From: an uncultured Muribaculaceae bacterium
GTDB lineage: Bacteria > Bacillota_I > Bacilli_A > RF39 > UBA660
Direction: 5' to 3'
DNA length: 44,354 bases
Assembly: GCA_964461005.1 (NCBI GenBank)
Contig: CAYWQQ010000002.1
Span: forward strand, 1-44,354
Shown: one piece after another, positions 27,357-37,200 of the stretch
How the letters are laid out: the number at the start of each line of letters is the position of its first letter
How positions within the stretch are numbered: the stretch's first letter is position 1
The notes under the pieces: generated by a model
What the model saw: the letters and a program-made list of their open reading frames with translations, nothing else
Told to the model about the DNA's origin: nothing
Databases searched by the model: none
Translations under genes and position numbers: made by a program

Positions 27357-27948
27357 ACTTAGTATTTTTTAAATCATCTAAATTTAATTTTTGAAGTTTT
27401 GTTCTGAATTTTGAAAAAATTACATTATATGGCCAATATCTGCCATAACTCTCGACTATTCTTATATTATATGTGGGAACTTGCATGCTTGAAAAGTCTG
27501 AATTTATTTTGTTTTTCTTAAACACAATTTTAAACTCTTCATTGGCTTTTTCAATTTCTAAAACACTTGCTAAATCATAAGGATCGTAGTCTTCGCTATG
27601 TATAACAATTTTATTATCTTGAATCAGCCCAATCTTTTGAGCAACACCTTTATAATACAAACTGCCCTTTCTTTTTACTTCTTTTGATGATTTATTAATA
27701 GTATCATTTATATTTGTAAATATATTACCTTCTTTTATATTTTGATATAATTCATCAAATAAAGTATATATTTCATTATCTTCTTTTTTTATAACAAAAG
27801 AAATATCCACATCATTTGTATAATAATCTATTTCCGGATACCAACAAGGATCAGGTAAATAATTTCTTGCAATCACAAATGAATTTATTCCATCATGTAT
27901 TCTAATATCTGGGTTCTCTTCATCCCAAAGCTTTTCTAAAGTAATCAT
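27355..27948 (-). CDS. Hypothetical protein (197 aa)
   Basis: ATG with strong SD GAGGGGTG. No TM, no recognisable motif. Confidence 0.6.
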   Translation of the reverse strand: MITLEKLWDEENPDIRIHDGINSFVIARNYLPDPCWYPEIDYYTNDVDISFVIKKEDNEIYTLFDELYQNIKEGNIFTNINDTINKSSKEVKRKGSLYYKGVAQKIGLIQDNKIVIHSEDYDPYDLASVLEIEKANEEFKIVFKKNKINSDFSSMQVPTYNIRIVESYGRYWPYNVIFSKFRTKLQKLNLDDLKNTK

Positions 27949-27993
27949 TTTTCACCCCTCTTTTTTAATCAAAGAAAAAAATATAATATAAAT

Positions 27994-28488
27994 TTATTTT
28001 AAGTATTGACTAATATTTCTAACAAATTCTTCTATACTCACTTTTATTCTTATTAATAATTGTTCTAAATCATCATAATTATAGATTCCACTAATTTCAG
28101 ATTTCAATATATAATCCGTTTTATTTGGATTATTAGTTAAAATATATAATAGTGATTTTTCTTTTAAAAATTCAAAATAATTTAATTGTACTTTTCTATT
28201 AATACCAGATAACCAAATCTCATATTTAAATTTTTTATGTATGAAAGCTATAACTATTTTAAGATTTCTTGATTTTAGATTTTGATTTGTAAATTGAAAA
28301 TATGAATAGTCCATATTATTTTCTACAATATTGTTTGTAAAATCATAATTATTCATTTCTTTCTCTAAATAAGTTCTTAAATAACGAAAAAATTTAATAA
28401 ATTCTTGATATCCGTTTTGTAAATTAGTAGTCTGAACAATGTTTTTGTAATCATTAATATATTTACTATTTATTTCTATAATAAACAT
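27994..28488 (-). CDS. Hypothetical protein (164 aa)
   Basis: ORF only. The SD AAGGAG abuts the ATG, which is an unfavourable spacing, so the exact start is uncertain. No recognisable motif. Confidence 0.5.
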   Translation of the reverse strand: MFIIEINSKYINDYKNIVQTTNLQNGYQEFIKFFRYLRTYLEKEMNNYDFTNNIVENNMDYSYFQFTNQNLKSRNLKIVIAFIHKKFKYEIWLSGINRKVQLNYFEFLKEKSLLYILTNNPNKTDYILKSEISGIYNYDDLEQLLIRIKVSIEEFVRNISQYLK

Positions 28489-28501
28489 CTCCTTTACTAA
28501 A

Positions 28502-28996
28502 CTATTTTTTCTTTAAATCATTTAAACTAACCACTTTAGCGCCTTTACTTATATAGTATTTTATCATTTCTGGAATTTTATTTTTTGACCAGCTAGAAAT
28601 GCAATCAGATAAAACACTAACATTGTAATTTGCCTTACATAAATTATAGCATGTTGATTTAACACAAATAGTTGCATCTGCTCCCGCCAAATAAAAATCA
28701 TGTATTTCATTTTTATTAATAAAATTTACAAAACCTTCACTTTCTAAAGCACTCCCTTTATATTTTGTAAAAATATTTTTTGATTCTATTTTTAAATCTG
28801 AAGCCAATTCAGAACCGCGTGTGTTGGCTTTAAAAACCTTTGTTCCTTCTGATAAGTTTTCATGTCTTATATATATAACATAAATTTTATTCTTAACTGC
28901 CCAATCCACAGCACTATTAATATTATCTATTATTTCTTTATAATTTTTAGGTGTGTCATTTTGAATATCAATTATTACTAAAGCTTCTTTTTTCAT
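28502..28996 (-). CDS. Isochorismatase-family cysteine hydrolase (nicotinamidase-like)
   Basis: LVIIDIQND (Asp), TKYKGSA (Lys) and GADATICVKST (Cys) form the D-K-C catalytic triad pattern of the family. Confidence 0.75.
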   Translation of the reverse strand: MKKEALVIIDIQNDTPKNYKEIIDNINSAVDWAVKNKIYVIYIRHENLSEGTKVFKANTRGSELASDLKIESKNIFTKYKGSALESEGFVNFINKNEIHDFYLAGADATICVKSTCYNLCKANYNVSVLSDCISSWSKNKIPEMIKYYISKGAKVVSLNDLKKK

Positions 28997-29095
28997 GCTT
29001 TTCTCCTTTTTTCTTTACTTAATATTTAAGGAACTTCGAATCATCAAAAATTGTTATAAGCGCTTTTTATTATTATAGAATAGAACGTTTTATGT

Positions 29096-29629
29096 CTAAA
29101 TATTATACCTTAAAATTTTTTTCAATATTTCTCTTTGCGTTTCTTTATCATCAAAATGCATACAATTAATATCTTCTCTTCTGTTTTCAGGAATTATCTT
29201 TGCTAAATCTTCAATATTCATGTGTGCTGAAGTTTCATATCTCGACACATCTTGATAAAAATAATCTATTTGTCCATTTATAAACATATATAAAACATTC
29301 TCATTTATATTTTTAGAATCTCCACTATAATATATTTTTTTATCAGCTATCTCTATTATATATCCGTATGCATTTATATAATCACTATGTAATTGCTGTA
29401 CAGCTTCGATTCTATAATTTTTAAATTCATCTGGTTTGACAATGTTAAACCATTCTGGATGATTTCCTGAAAGTTTTAAAAATTGTTCCATTTTTTCTTT
29501 TTCGGGATATATTATTGTTGGTTTAATTCTATAAAAAAATTCAACATAAAATAATAATGATGGCAAACTTCCTATGTGATCAGAATGAAAATGAGTTATC
29601 AATATATTGACCTCTTTTATTCCACTCAA
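29096..29629 (-). pseudogene. 5'-truncated MBL-fold hydrolase remnant
   Basis: HFHSDH sits only 13 residues from the putative TTG start, versus about 55 in the intact MBL at 12546-13292. There is no SD in the 23 nt upstream. The frame stays open upstream (KQIVDTNIL...) into the 3' end of the neighbouring gene and then hits a stop. Confidence 0.45.
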
Positions 29630-29652
29630 TATATTAGTATCAACAATCTGTT

Positions 29653-30222
29653 TTAATGTAGATTTTTCACTACTTTATTTATTAAATCTTTCTGAGTTTC
29701 AAAGTTTTTTTTGGTTATAGGGATCCTTCCGACCATTTTAGTTTGTAAATAATAATTTAATATATCAAAAGACTTTAGAGTTTCTTCTGTTCCTGTTCCA
29801 CTTCCACCCGCACATGCAATGCAAATTATTTTTTTGTTTTTTATTTTTGAATGATTATTAAACGAATCGCATCGTTTCAATCTGTCAAAAAACGTTTTTG
29901 CGCTTTCGCTCATTTCCCAAAAATAAACCGGTGTAATAAAAACATAATTATCAAATTCCGACATATATGAATACATATCATTAAATTCATCTTTTAAACA
30001 GCAAATATGCTTGCTCCAGCATGTCCCCCATCCGCCTTCTCCACAAGCCAAGCATTTTTGTATATTCTTTTTATTAATACATATATGTTCAAACTCATTA
30101 TCTAAAACTTTCAATTCTTTTTGACATTCTTTAACACAAGTAAAGGTTAATCCTATTTCATTTGGCACAAAACTTTCCTTGTCTATATTATTAGGACTAA
30201 AACTTAAAATTAATGTTTTCAA
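29653..30222 (-). CDS. Flavodoxin-like NAD(P)H-dependent FMN reductase / iron-sulfur flavoprotein-like protein
   Basis: TTG start with good SD (AGAGGTGA, 5-nt spacer). Cys cluster CLACGEGGWGTCWSKHICC and TPVYFWEMSESAKTFFDRL are typical of the flavodoxin_2/Isf-type family. Confidence 0.65.
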   Translation of the reverse strand: MKTLILSFSPNNIDKESFVPNEIGLTFTCVKECQKELKVLDNEFEHICINKKNIQKCLACGEGGWGTCWSKHICCLKDEFNDMYSYMSEFDNYVFITPVYFWEMSESAKTFFDRLKRCDSFNNHSKIKNKKIICIACAGGSGTGTEETLKSFDILNYYLQTKMVGRIPITKKNFETQKDLINKVVKNLH

Positions 30223-30260
30223 ATTATATCACCTCTATTTTAATTATATAACTTTTTAAT

Positions 30261-30289
30261 AAAAAAAGAACCATCCTATTGGAAGGTTC
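30261..30289 (-). terminator. Intrinsic terminator downstream of tRNA-His
   Basis: Stem gaaccatcc/ggaaggttc (one mismatch), loop tatt, followed by T7 on the minus strand. Confidence 0.7.
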
Positions 30290-30303
30290 GACTACTTTCT
30301 TAA

Positions 30304-30380
30304 TGGGGCGACTAGTGGGAATCGAACCCACGAGTACTAGAGCCACAATCTAGCGTGTTAACCACTTCACCATAACCGCC
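30304..30380 (-). tRNA. tRNA-His (anticodon GUG) with encoded G-1 and CCA
   Basis: The reverse complement GGCGGTTATGGTGAAGTGGTTAACACGCTAGATTGTGGCTCTAGTACTCGTGGGTTCGATTCCCACTAGTCGCCCCA has the anticodon loop TTGTGGC and the extra 5' G characteristic of tRNA-His. Confidence 0.93.
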
Positions 30381-30440
30381 ATTTAATACTTTTTTAGAAT
30401 AACATACATATATGTTTTTTTCAACCGAATTGTTGAATTA

Positions 30441-31094
30441 TCACCAATTAATTGGTTTTATATTATTATTGACTAAATAATTATTAGTTTTTGAAAACGG
30501 TTTACTACCTTCAAATCCTTTTTTATAGGAGAAAGGTGATGGATGAGATGATTTTATAATATAATGTCTATTTTGATCAATTATTTTTTCTTTTTCTGCT
30601 GCTGCTTTTCCCCACAAAATAAAGACCACATGCTCTTTATTTTGATTTATTTGACTAATTACTTCATTAACAAATATTTCCCAGCCCATATTTTGATGGG
30701 ATGCAGGTTTGTCTCTTTCCACTGTTAAACAATTATTTAATAGTAAAACCCCTTGTTTTGCCCAATCTTCTAAATCCGAATTTGTTCTTACTATTTTCAA
30801 ATCACTTTCTAATTCTTTAAAAATATTTTTTAGACTTGGAGGTGTTTTTTGATTTTTATTAACAGAAAAAGCTAATCCAATTGCTTCATCTATTCCATGA
30901 TAAGGATCCTGACCAATAATTACCACTTTAATATTGTTAAAACTTGTTAAGTGAAAAGCTTTAAATATATTTTCTTTCTTAGGATAAATATCTTTGTTTA
31001 AATATTCATTATCTATAAAGCTTGTTAAGTTTAAAAAATATTCCTTACTATATTCATTTTTTAATATGTTGTCCCATTCTTTATTTATAATCAT
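30441..31094 (-). CDS. ung: Uracil-DNA glycosylase (family 1)
   Basis: GQDPYH water-activating loop, HPSPFS, LLLNNCLTV. Confidence 0.92.
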   Translation of the reverse strand: MIINKEWDNILKNEYSKEYFLNLTSFIDNEYLNKDIYPKKENIFKAFHLTSFNNIKVVIIGQDPYHGIDEAIGLAFSVNKNQKTPPSLKNIFKELESDLKIVRTNSDLEDWAKQGVLLLNNCLTVERDKPASHQNMGWEIFVNEVISQINQNKEHVVFILWGKAAAEKEKIIDQNRHYIIKSSHPSPFSYKKGFEGSKPFSKTNNYLVNNNIKPINW

Positions 31095-31122
31095 TTTTTA
31101 CCTCATATTAAAAAAACAGATA

Positions 31123-31605
31123 TTATCTGCTTTTTGCTATTTCTGTTGCTAATTCTTTTATTCCAGAAAAAATCTTTAAGTTTTTAATTCTATCAAAAAT
31201 GTTTTCTTTTTCATAAATCGGATATGGAATAGGATTTTTTTGAGTTTCTTTTTCTTCTTTTCCAAAATATTCTTCATACATTTGTTTAGCAAATTTAGGA
31301 AACTTTTCTTTGGTTTCACTAAAAGTTTTTGCATCAGTATTATAAGTAACAAAATGTAAATCATAGCCCATATCTAAGAACTTTTTCTTTTCTAATTCTC
31401 TTTCAGCTTCTTTTTCAGCTTGTCTTTCTTCTAAAGTTTTTGTTATATCAATAGGATTTGTTTGGTAAGTATTTCCTCCAACAGTGGGTAAATATTCAAA
31501 AGGACTTGAAGAAGGCATTTTTTCTCCACCTAAATAAATGAAAGAACCATATTCTAATTCTTCATTTTTGTCATCAACAACTATTAGTTTAATTGCTTTG
31601 TTCAT
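31123..31605 (-). CDS. Hypothetical protein (160 aa)
   Basis: ATG with SD AAGGCGGTGA. Charged, with no TM and no recognisable motif. Confidence 0.55.
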   Translation of the reverse strand: MNKAIKLIVVDDKNEELEYGSFIYLGGEKMPSSSPFEYLPTVGGNTYQTNPIDITKTLEERQAEKEAERELEKKKFLDMGYDLHFVTYNTDAKTFSETKEKFPKFAKQMYEEYFGKEEKETQKNPIPYPIYEKENIFDRIKNLKIFSGIKELATEIAKSR

Positions 31606-31692
31606 TTATATCACCGCCTTTATTATATGAATATATTATAACATCGTTTGAAAAATTTAGAAACTTATTTTATTAAGTTTACTTATATTTAC

Positions 31693-31719
31693 AAAAAAAG
31701 AAGTGATTTTATCACTTCT
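31693..31719 (-). terminator. Intrinsic terminator after the 482-aa gene
   Basis: agaagtgat-ttt-atcacttct followed by a T-run on the minus strand. It overlaps the stop codon. Confidence 0.65.
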
Positions 31720-33166
31720 AACTTAATGTTTTATTTACTTCAACAATATTACTTACCATATCTTGACTACAATAAATAGTATTTAAGTATTCATTTGAGA
31801 AAGATTCCATTTCTCTATGAGAAAGACCTTGCTCTCCTAATTCAGTATCAGTTGTTTGATCTTCTCCTGGTTGAATATTATGTGGTCCACCATAGAATTC
31901 AAAAATTGATTGAATTGTTACATTATCTTTATTTATTCCAGGTAATTGAATTGCAGGAACAATATCAGCTATATTAAACATTGGTTTTTTGTCATTTGCT
32001 GGTTGATTTAATGAGTGAGCTGATAAATTTGCTAGCACTGCTTTTTGACTTGGACTTAATTGATTATAGTATAAAACATATTCTGGCTTTTCAGCACTTG
32101 GATAGATTGGTTGTAAAGTTTGAATTCCATATGTTATTGTTGCAAAATATTCTATTGCTTTTGAAGCTATTACTTCATCTGATTGTCCTTCAATAACTGA
32201 ATTCTTATAATCATACATTGGTTTTGCCATAGCATTAATGAAATCAGCATCTGTTTTACTTGCAATAAATTGAGTAAAATCAGGATTTACACCTTCATAT
32301 TGTGATATAGCCATATTTACTTTATTTATGTATTGATCAACTATAGTAAAATCATAATCTTCAATTCTCATATCATTAGCTGCTAAAAAATATACTAAAG
32401 CTTCTGTTGTAGAAACTGTAGAACCTTCAAAATTTTTATAAAATTCTTGAAATTTAGCTGCTAAAACTGCTGGATCACTTAAATCAAAACTTAATTCTCC
32501 TGCTTCATACTGAAGTTTTAATTCATCCATTCTTGGATCAGGTATTCTTTCAATTAAGTCAGTAGGAATAACAACTTCTGTTTCTGTTATTTTAGCATTT
32601 GTTTCTGTTGGAATTGTTGTCATTTCAGTTGAACTTTCACTAGGTTTAGTTGGAAATGTTTCTTTTGTTTCTTTATCTTTAACACATTTAGTAATACCTG
32701 CTGCAGTTCCTGCTAATACAGCTATAGTTCCAATAGTTGCTAATGTTCTCTTGATTATTTTTTTGGTTTTTTCTCTTTTTACTGCTTCTGGTTTAGCTGG
32801 AAACATAAGTATTTCATTGTTTTGAACTTTTCCTTTTTCTGAAAATTCACTTTCAAATGGGTTTTTCACTTCTTCTACTGGTACAAATCCATTGTCAAAT
32901 GGTTTTTTATCATACATTTTTGAATAACCAAAACGAACAGAATATCCTTCCGATTTAAATTCGTCTATACTTTTGTATTTATATGAATTCAATATATTTT
33001 CATCTTTAATTGAAAATTCTTTTTTAAATTCATTTAAATTATTTGTTTCACTAATATAGATTGCTTTTAAATCTTCAATAATTGCAAAAACATAAAAAAT
33101 TGTTTTTTCTTTTTGAAAAACTAAAAATTTCGTTTCTTTAACTTCTTCCATAAAATCATCATACAT
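31718..33166 (-). CDS. Bitopic membrane protein (482 aa), unknown family
   Basis: Start moved to ATG 33166 (SD AGAGGG); the track's 33220 is a TTG with no SD. About 150 aa cytoplasmic, a TM (TLATIGTIAVLAGTAAGI), a Thr/Pro/Glu-rich linker, then a ~290-aa external domain. Confidence 0.65.
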   Translation of the reverse strand: MYDDFMEEVKETKFLVFQKEKTIFYVFAIIEDLKAIYISETNNLNEFKKEFSIKDENILNSYKYKSIDEFKSEGYSVRFGYSKMYDKKPFDNGFVPVEEVKNPFESEFSEKGKVQNNEILMFPAKPEAVKREKTKKIIKRTLATIGTIAVLAGTAAGITKCVKDKETKETFPTKPSESSTEMTTIPTETNAKITETEVVIPTDLIERIPDPRMDELKLQYEAGELSFDLSDPAVLAAKFQEFYKNFEGSTVSTTEALVYFLAANDMRIEDYDFTIVDQYINKVNMAISQYEGVNPDFTQFIASKTDADFINAMAKPMYDYKNSVIEGQSDEVIASKAIEYFATITYGIQTLQPIYPSAEKPEYVLYYNQLSPSQKAVLANLSAHSLNQPANDKKPMFNIADIVPAIQLPGINKDNVTIQSIFEFYGGPHNIQPGEDQTTDTELGEQGLSHREMESFSNEYLNTIYCSQDMVSNIVEVNKTLS

Positions 33167-33225
33167 ATTAACCGCCCTCTTTTCACGCATTATATTAACA
33201 CTTAACCCGTATAAAGTCAAGTTTT

Positions 33226-35073
33226 TTAACTTCTAGCTTCTTCTGGCATTTTACCATTATCCACTAAATATTCAATATCTTCTTTTGTTAAAGTTTCATA
33301 TTCAACTAAATTGTCTGCTATTAAAGTTAATAATTTCTTATTTGCCTTTAATATTTTTGTCGCTTTTTCATAACATTCCGTAATAATTTTTCTCATTTCA
33401 ATATCTATTTCGTGAGCTACCTCATTAGAAAAATTCCTACTTTTATTATAATCTCTTCCTAAAAAAGCAGCTTCTTGTTGATGTTCTAATTGTATAGGAC
33501 CAAGATCACTCATTCCATATTCAGTAACCATGCTTCTCGCTATTTTGGTTGCTTTTTCAAAATCATTATGAGCTCCTGTAGTTATTTCTCCAAAAGTTAA
33601 TTCTTCTGAAACTCTCCCACCTAATAAACCAATTATTTGTTCAAGCAATTCATTTTTAGTACTTGTATATCTTTCTTCTTTAGGCACCATCATAGCATAA
33701 CCACCAGCATAACTTCTAGGAATAATTGTTACTTTTTGAACATCGTTAGCATCATTTAATTTTAATCCTAAAACAACATGCCCAGCTTCATGATATGCTA
33801 CTAATTTCTTTTCTTTTTCTGTGTATTTTTTACTCTTTTTGGCAGGTCCCATTAAAACTCTATCTGTAGCTTCATCAATTTCTGACATTGTAATTGATTT
33901 TTTCTTTCTTCTTACTGCTAAAAGAGCTGCTTCATTTAATAAGTTTTCTAAATCCGCACCACTAAATCCAACTGTTCTTCTTGCTAAATTATTTAATGTT
34001 ATAGTTGGCACTAAAATTTTGTTTTTAGCGTGAACTTCAAGAATTTCTTCTCTACCTTTAATATCTGGTAAATTAACTGTTACTTGACGATCAAATCTTC
34101 CTGGTCTTAATAAAGCAGGATCTAAAACGTCTGGTCTGTTAGTTGCTGCAATAATTATAATACCCTCATTTGCACCAAAACCATCCATCTCCGTTAATAA
34201 TTGATTTAATGTTTGCTCACGTTCATCGTGGCCACCACCTAATCCGGTTCCTCTTTGACGACCAACTGCATCGATTTCATCAATAAATATTAAGCAAGGA
34301 GCACTTTGTTTAGCTTGTTTAAACATATCTCTTACTCTACTTGCACCTATTCCTACAAATAATTCTACAAAATCCGAACCACTAATAAAGAAAAATGGTA
34401 CATTTGCTTCTCCAGCTACTGCTTTTGCTAATAAAGTTTTTCCAGTTCCTGGAGGACCTACTAATAAAACACCTTTGGGTATTCTTGCTCCCAAACTTTG
34501 AAATCTTTTTGGTTCTTTTAAAAAATCTATTAATTCTTTTACTTCTTCTTTTTCTTCTTCTAAACCAGCCACATCTTGAAATGTTATTTTACCTTTATCA
34601 ACATTTAATTTAGCTTTACTTTTACCAAAATCCAAAGATTTATTAGCACCATTCATTTGTCTTGTAAAAAAGAAAAATCCTAAACCTAAAAGTAAGACAA
34701 TTGGTAAGACATTAACTAAAAATAATAGAAATGCACTTGATTCAGGATCAGCTTCCGTTGTTATCTTAAACCCGTTTTCTTCACGCGCTTTTAAAATTCT
34801 ATTAATTACTTCGTCTGAATATGGTACTCTTACATAAAAAGTTTCTTTTTCTTTATATCCAGCTAATTTACCTGTAATTTCGTATATTTTAGCACGATCT
34901 TTAGGTACTAAAACTATTTCTTTTATTTTATTTCTTACTAGAGCTTTTTCAAATTGATCATAAGACAAATCATTAACTTTTTTATCTGCATATTCTAATC
35001 CAATTAGAATAAAAATTGCTATTATCCCAAAAATTATATAAGGAATAAAATTACTTTTAACTGCTTTTTTCAT
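33226..35073 (-). CDS. ftsH: ATP-dependent zinc metalloprotease FtsH
   Basis: [14 protein letters not shown], second region of homology, and zinc site HEAGH. ATG 35073 has SD AAGGAG 9 nt upstream; the alternative ATG 35097 has none. Confidence 0.95.
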   Translation of the reverse strand: MKKAVKSNFIPYIIFGIIAIFILIGLEYADKKVNDLSYDQFEKALVRNKIKEIVLVPKDRAKIYEITGKLAGYKEKETFYVRVPYSDEVINRILKAREENGFKITTEADPESSAFLLFLVNVLPIVLLLGLGFFFFTRQMNGANKSLDFGKSKAKLNVDKGKITFQDVAGLEEEKEEVKELIDFLKEPKRFQSLGARIPKGVLLVGPPGTGKTLLAKAVAGEANVPFFFISGSDFVELFVGIGASRVRDMFKQAKQSAPCLIFIDEIDAVGRQRGTGLGGGHDEREQTLNQLLTEMDGFGANEGIIIIAATNRPDVLDPALLRPGRFDRQVTVNLPDIKGREEILEVHAKNKILVPTITLNNLARRTVGFSGADLENLLNEAALLAVRRKKKSITMSEIDEATDRVLMGPAKKSKKYTEKEKKLVAYHEAGHVVLGLKLNDANDVQKVTIIPRSYAGGYAMMVPKEERYTSTKNELLEQIIGLLGGRVSEELTFGEITTGAHNDFEKATKIARSMVTEYGMSDLGPIQLEHQQEAAFLGRDYNKSRNFSNEVAHEIDIEMRKIITECYEKATKILKANKKLLTLIADNLVEYETLTKEDIEYLVDNGKMPEEARS

Positions 35074-36412
35074 GTGCTTTTTCTCCTTCTTCTTCATATT
35101 TTAATATTATATCATGTTTTTCTTTAATTGATTTATTATATTTTGATTTTTTCAACCCAGGTAACCATAAAATTTTATCACTTTTATCAACTAAAATGGG
35201 CCAATTATCTCTATCATCTGAAGAAATTTTAGAATCTATTAAAATATCTTTTATTTTTTTTGAACCATTTAATCCCTTTACTAAAAGTTTGTCTCCTTCT
35301 TTTCTATTTCTAATCATAAGAGGTAATTCTAATTCACTTGAATTTAAACGACAAACATAATTGCTATCGTCTCTACTGGTTGCTAATATTCTAATAATTT
35401 TACCATTTGGTATTTTTGTTAATGGTTTTATTTTTAGTTTATATTTTTTTGTTATGTTTGTTTTTATATTATCTACTATTAAAAATTCATATTCTTTTTT
35501 TATTACAACATCGGCAGGCAAATCAATTGTTAAATTTGGTTTTGAAGAAATTAGTAATTGTTTAATTTGATAAATATGTTGATCATTAATTAAATTTAAT
35601 TTTTCATGATAAATATCTTCTAAAATCATTTCAATAATTCTTTGTTGAATTATTTCTTTTTGCATTAATAATTTTTTAATATCTATTCTTTTTTCTTTAT
35701 AAATCTTTTTTATTTGTTGTTGTGCGTTTTCTTCAATATATTCATTAACTTCCGTTAATATTTGACTAAATTTTAAATATTTAAGGTGGACATCTGAATT
35801 TTCTTTTTTAAGAAAAGGAAGAACATATTTTCTATATCTGTTCCTTGTATATTTTGTTGATTTGTTTGATTTATCAGTAGCATACCAAAGCTTTTTTGAT
35901 TTAGCAAAAGCTAAAATTTCTTTTTTACTTAAAGATATAAGTGGTTTCAATATTGTTATGTTATCGAGTTTTTTTTCTTTTATAAAACCGGCATATCCAT
36001 TTAATGAAGATCCACGATTTATTCTCATTAAAATTGTCTCAATTAAATCATCACCATGGTGTGCTGTTAAAAGATATTTAGAATTGTATTTTTTACAAAT
36101 TTTTTGAAAAAAATCAAATCTTTTATTTCTAGCTTCACTTTGAAAATTATCAGCAGAATATTCTTCGATAATCATTTTTTCAAAAATAATATTGTTTTTA
36201 AAACAATACTTTTCTATTTTTTTAGCTTCATTATAACTAGCTTTTCTAACATTGTGATTAACATGAGCACATACTATTTTAACTTGATTTTTATTTGCAA
36301 AATAAAGAAGCAAATTTAAAAGAACCATTGAATCTGGCCCACCCGAAATTGCAGCTACTACAACAGACTGATCAAGCAATTTTTCGTTTAAAAACAATTC
36401 TACTTCTTTCAT
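35057..36412 (-). CDS. tilS: tRNA(Ile)-lysidine synthase TilS
   Basis: PP-loop AISGGPDS and TAHHGDD. Start moved to ATG 36412 (SD AAAGGAG). The 3' end overlaps the ftsH start. Confidence 0.85.
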   Translation of the reverse strand: MKEVELFLNEKLLDQSVVVAAISGGPDSMVLLNLLLYFANKNQVKIVCAHVNHNVRKASYNEAKKIEKYCFKNNIIFEKMIIEEYSADNFQSEARNKRFDFFQKICKKYNSKYLLTAHHGDDLIETILMRINRGSSLNGYAGFIKEKKLDNITILKPLISLSKKEILAFAKSKKLWYATDKSNKSTKYTRNRYRKYVLPFLKKENSDVHLKYLKFSQILTEVNEYIEENAQQQIKKIYKEKRIDIKKLLMQKEIIQQRIIEMILEDIYHEKLNLINDQHIYQIKQLLISSKPNLTIDLPADVVIKKEYEFLIVDNIKTNITKKYKLKIKPLTKIPNGKIIRILATSRDDSNYVCRLNSSELELPLMIRNRKEGDKLLVKGLNGSKKIKDILIDSKISSDDRDNWPILVDKSDKILWLPGLKKSKYNKSIKEKHDIILKYEEEGEKAHEKSS

Positions 36413-36492
36413 ATTAATTTCTCCTTTTAAACAAAGCATATTATAACAATTATAATTATTAGATGCAATATAAAAAATAAGCATTATAATGC

Positions 36493-37185
36493 TTATTTTA
36501 TAATATATGTTCTTACCACTTCTTCAGAAATGTTGCCAGAGATATCTCGAACGCGATATTTTAAATAATATGTTCCTGCTTTTTGATTATTGATTGTTCC
36601 ACTTCTGACAACTTTTGCTGAAATGTCTCCATCTTTATCATCTGTTGCAGTATATCCCGGATCTGTAATATTGCCTCCTACAGACATAATTATCTCATTA
36701 GAACCTTTTAATATTATAACAGGTTTCTTAACATCTTTTTTTGTATCAAAAATACCACTACAAGAAAAGTCACCAGAAGGTAATACTTCTAATCTTAAAT
36801 ATGTATCAATAGGATATTCTTCATCTGTAGAATAATTATATATAGGCAATCTAATTAATTCTTCACCTACTAATTTAGAAATTGTAAAATATATTACTTT
36901 GCCAGAAATTTCTTTTTCTTTTTTATAATATTTCTCTCCGTAAGTAATCGCCGCATTACATAATTTTTCTTGTTGAACTACTTTTAAAGCTTCTTTGTCT
37001 TCTCTTTCAAAATAACCCGTTTGCCACAAGACTCCTAAAATTACTCCAGCCATTAACAATAAAATTATTATTACTGGCCAAGCTGATTTTCTTGGCTTGT
37101 GATTATAGTAATTTGAATATGATGGCAATTCTTCTTGTGGTTTTTCTATCGGCTGTTGAGGGAAAAAATATGGTGTTTCATTCAT
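36493..37185 (-). CDS. Bitopic membrane protein with C-terminal Ig-like (DUF5011/HYR-like) domain
   Basis: Pro/Gln/Tyr-rich cytoplasmic N-terminus and a TM (WPVIIILLLMAGVILGVLW). The C-terminal GNITDPGYTATDDKDGDISAKV...AGTYYLKYRVRDISGN matches the DUF5011-type bacterial Ig-like domain pattern. Confidence 0.6.
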   Translation of the reverse strand: MNETPYFFPQQPIEKPQEELPSYSNYYNHKPRKSAWPVIIILLLMAGVILGVLWQTGYFEREDKEALKVVQQEKLCNAAITYGEKYYKKEKEISGKVIYFTISKLVGEELIRLPIYNYSTDEEYPIDTYLRLEVLPSGDFSCSGIFDTKKDVKKPVIILKGSNEIIMSVGGNITDPGYTATDDKDGDISAKVVRSGTINNQKAGTYYLKYRVRDISGNISEEVVRTYIIK

Positions 37186-37200
37186 AATAATATTTCCTTT

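Noticed and set aside
29096-30222. Reading the flavodoxin-like and MBL-like neighbours as a split flavodiiron (FprA-type) protein.
   Set aside because: The domain order is reversed, since FprA has MBL first and flavodoxin second. The genes are in different frames with a stop between them. The flavodoxin-like protein is of the Cys-rich Isf/FMN-reductase type. The MBL part lacks its N-terminal strands.
33167-33220. Track-suggested upstream starts: TTG at 33220 for the 500-aa ORF, and likewise 35097 (ftsH), 36484 (tilS), 18446 (tetR), 17114 (rpsF), 14644 (dnaB), 16066 (DHH) and 4883.
   Set aside because: In each case an ATG slightly downstream has a properly spaced GGAG-type SD, and the longer start has none or lies within the SD itself. 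I used the shorter coordinates in the feature list.
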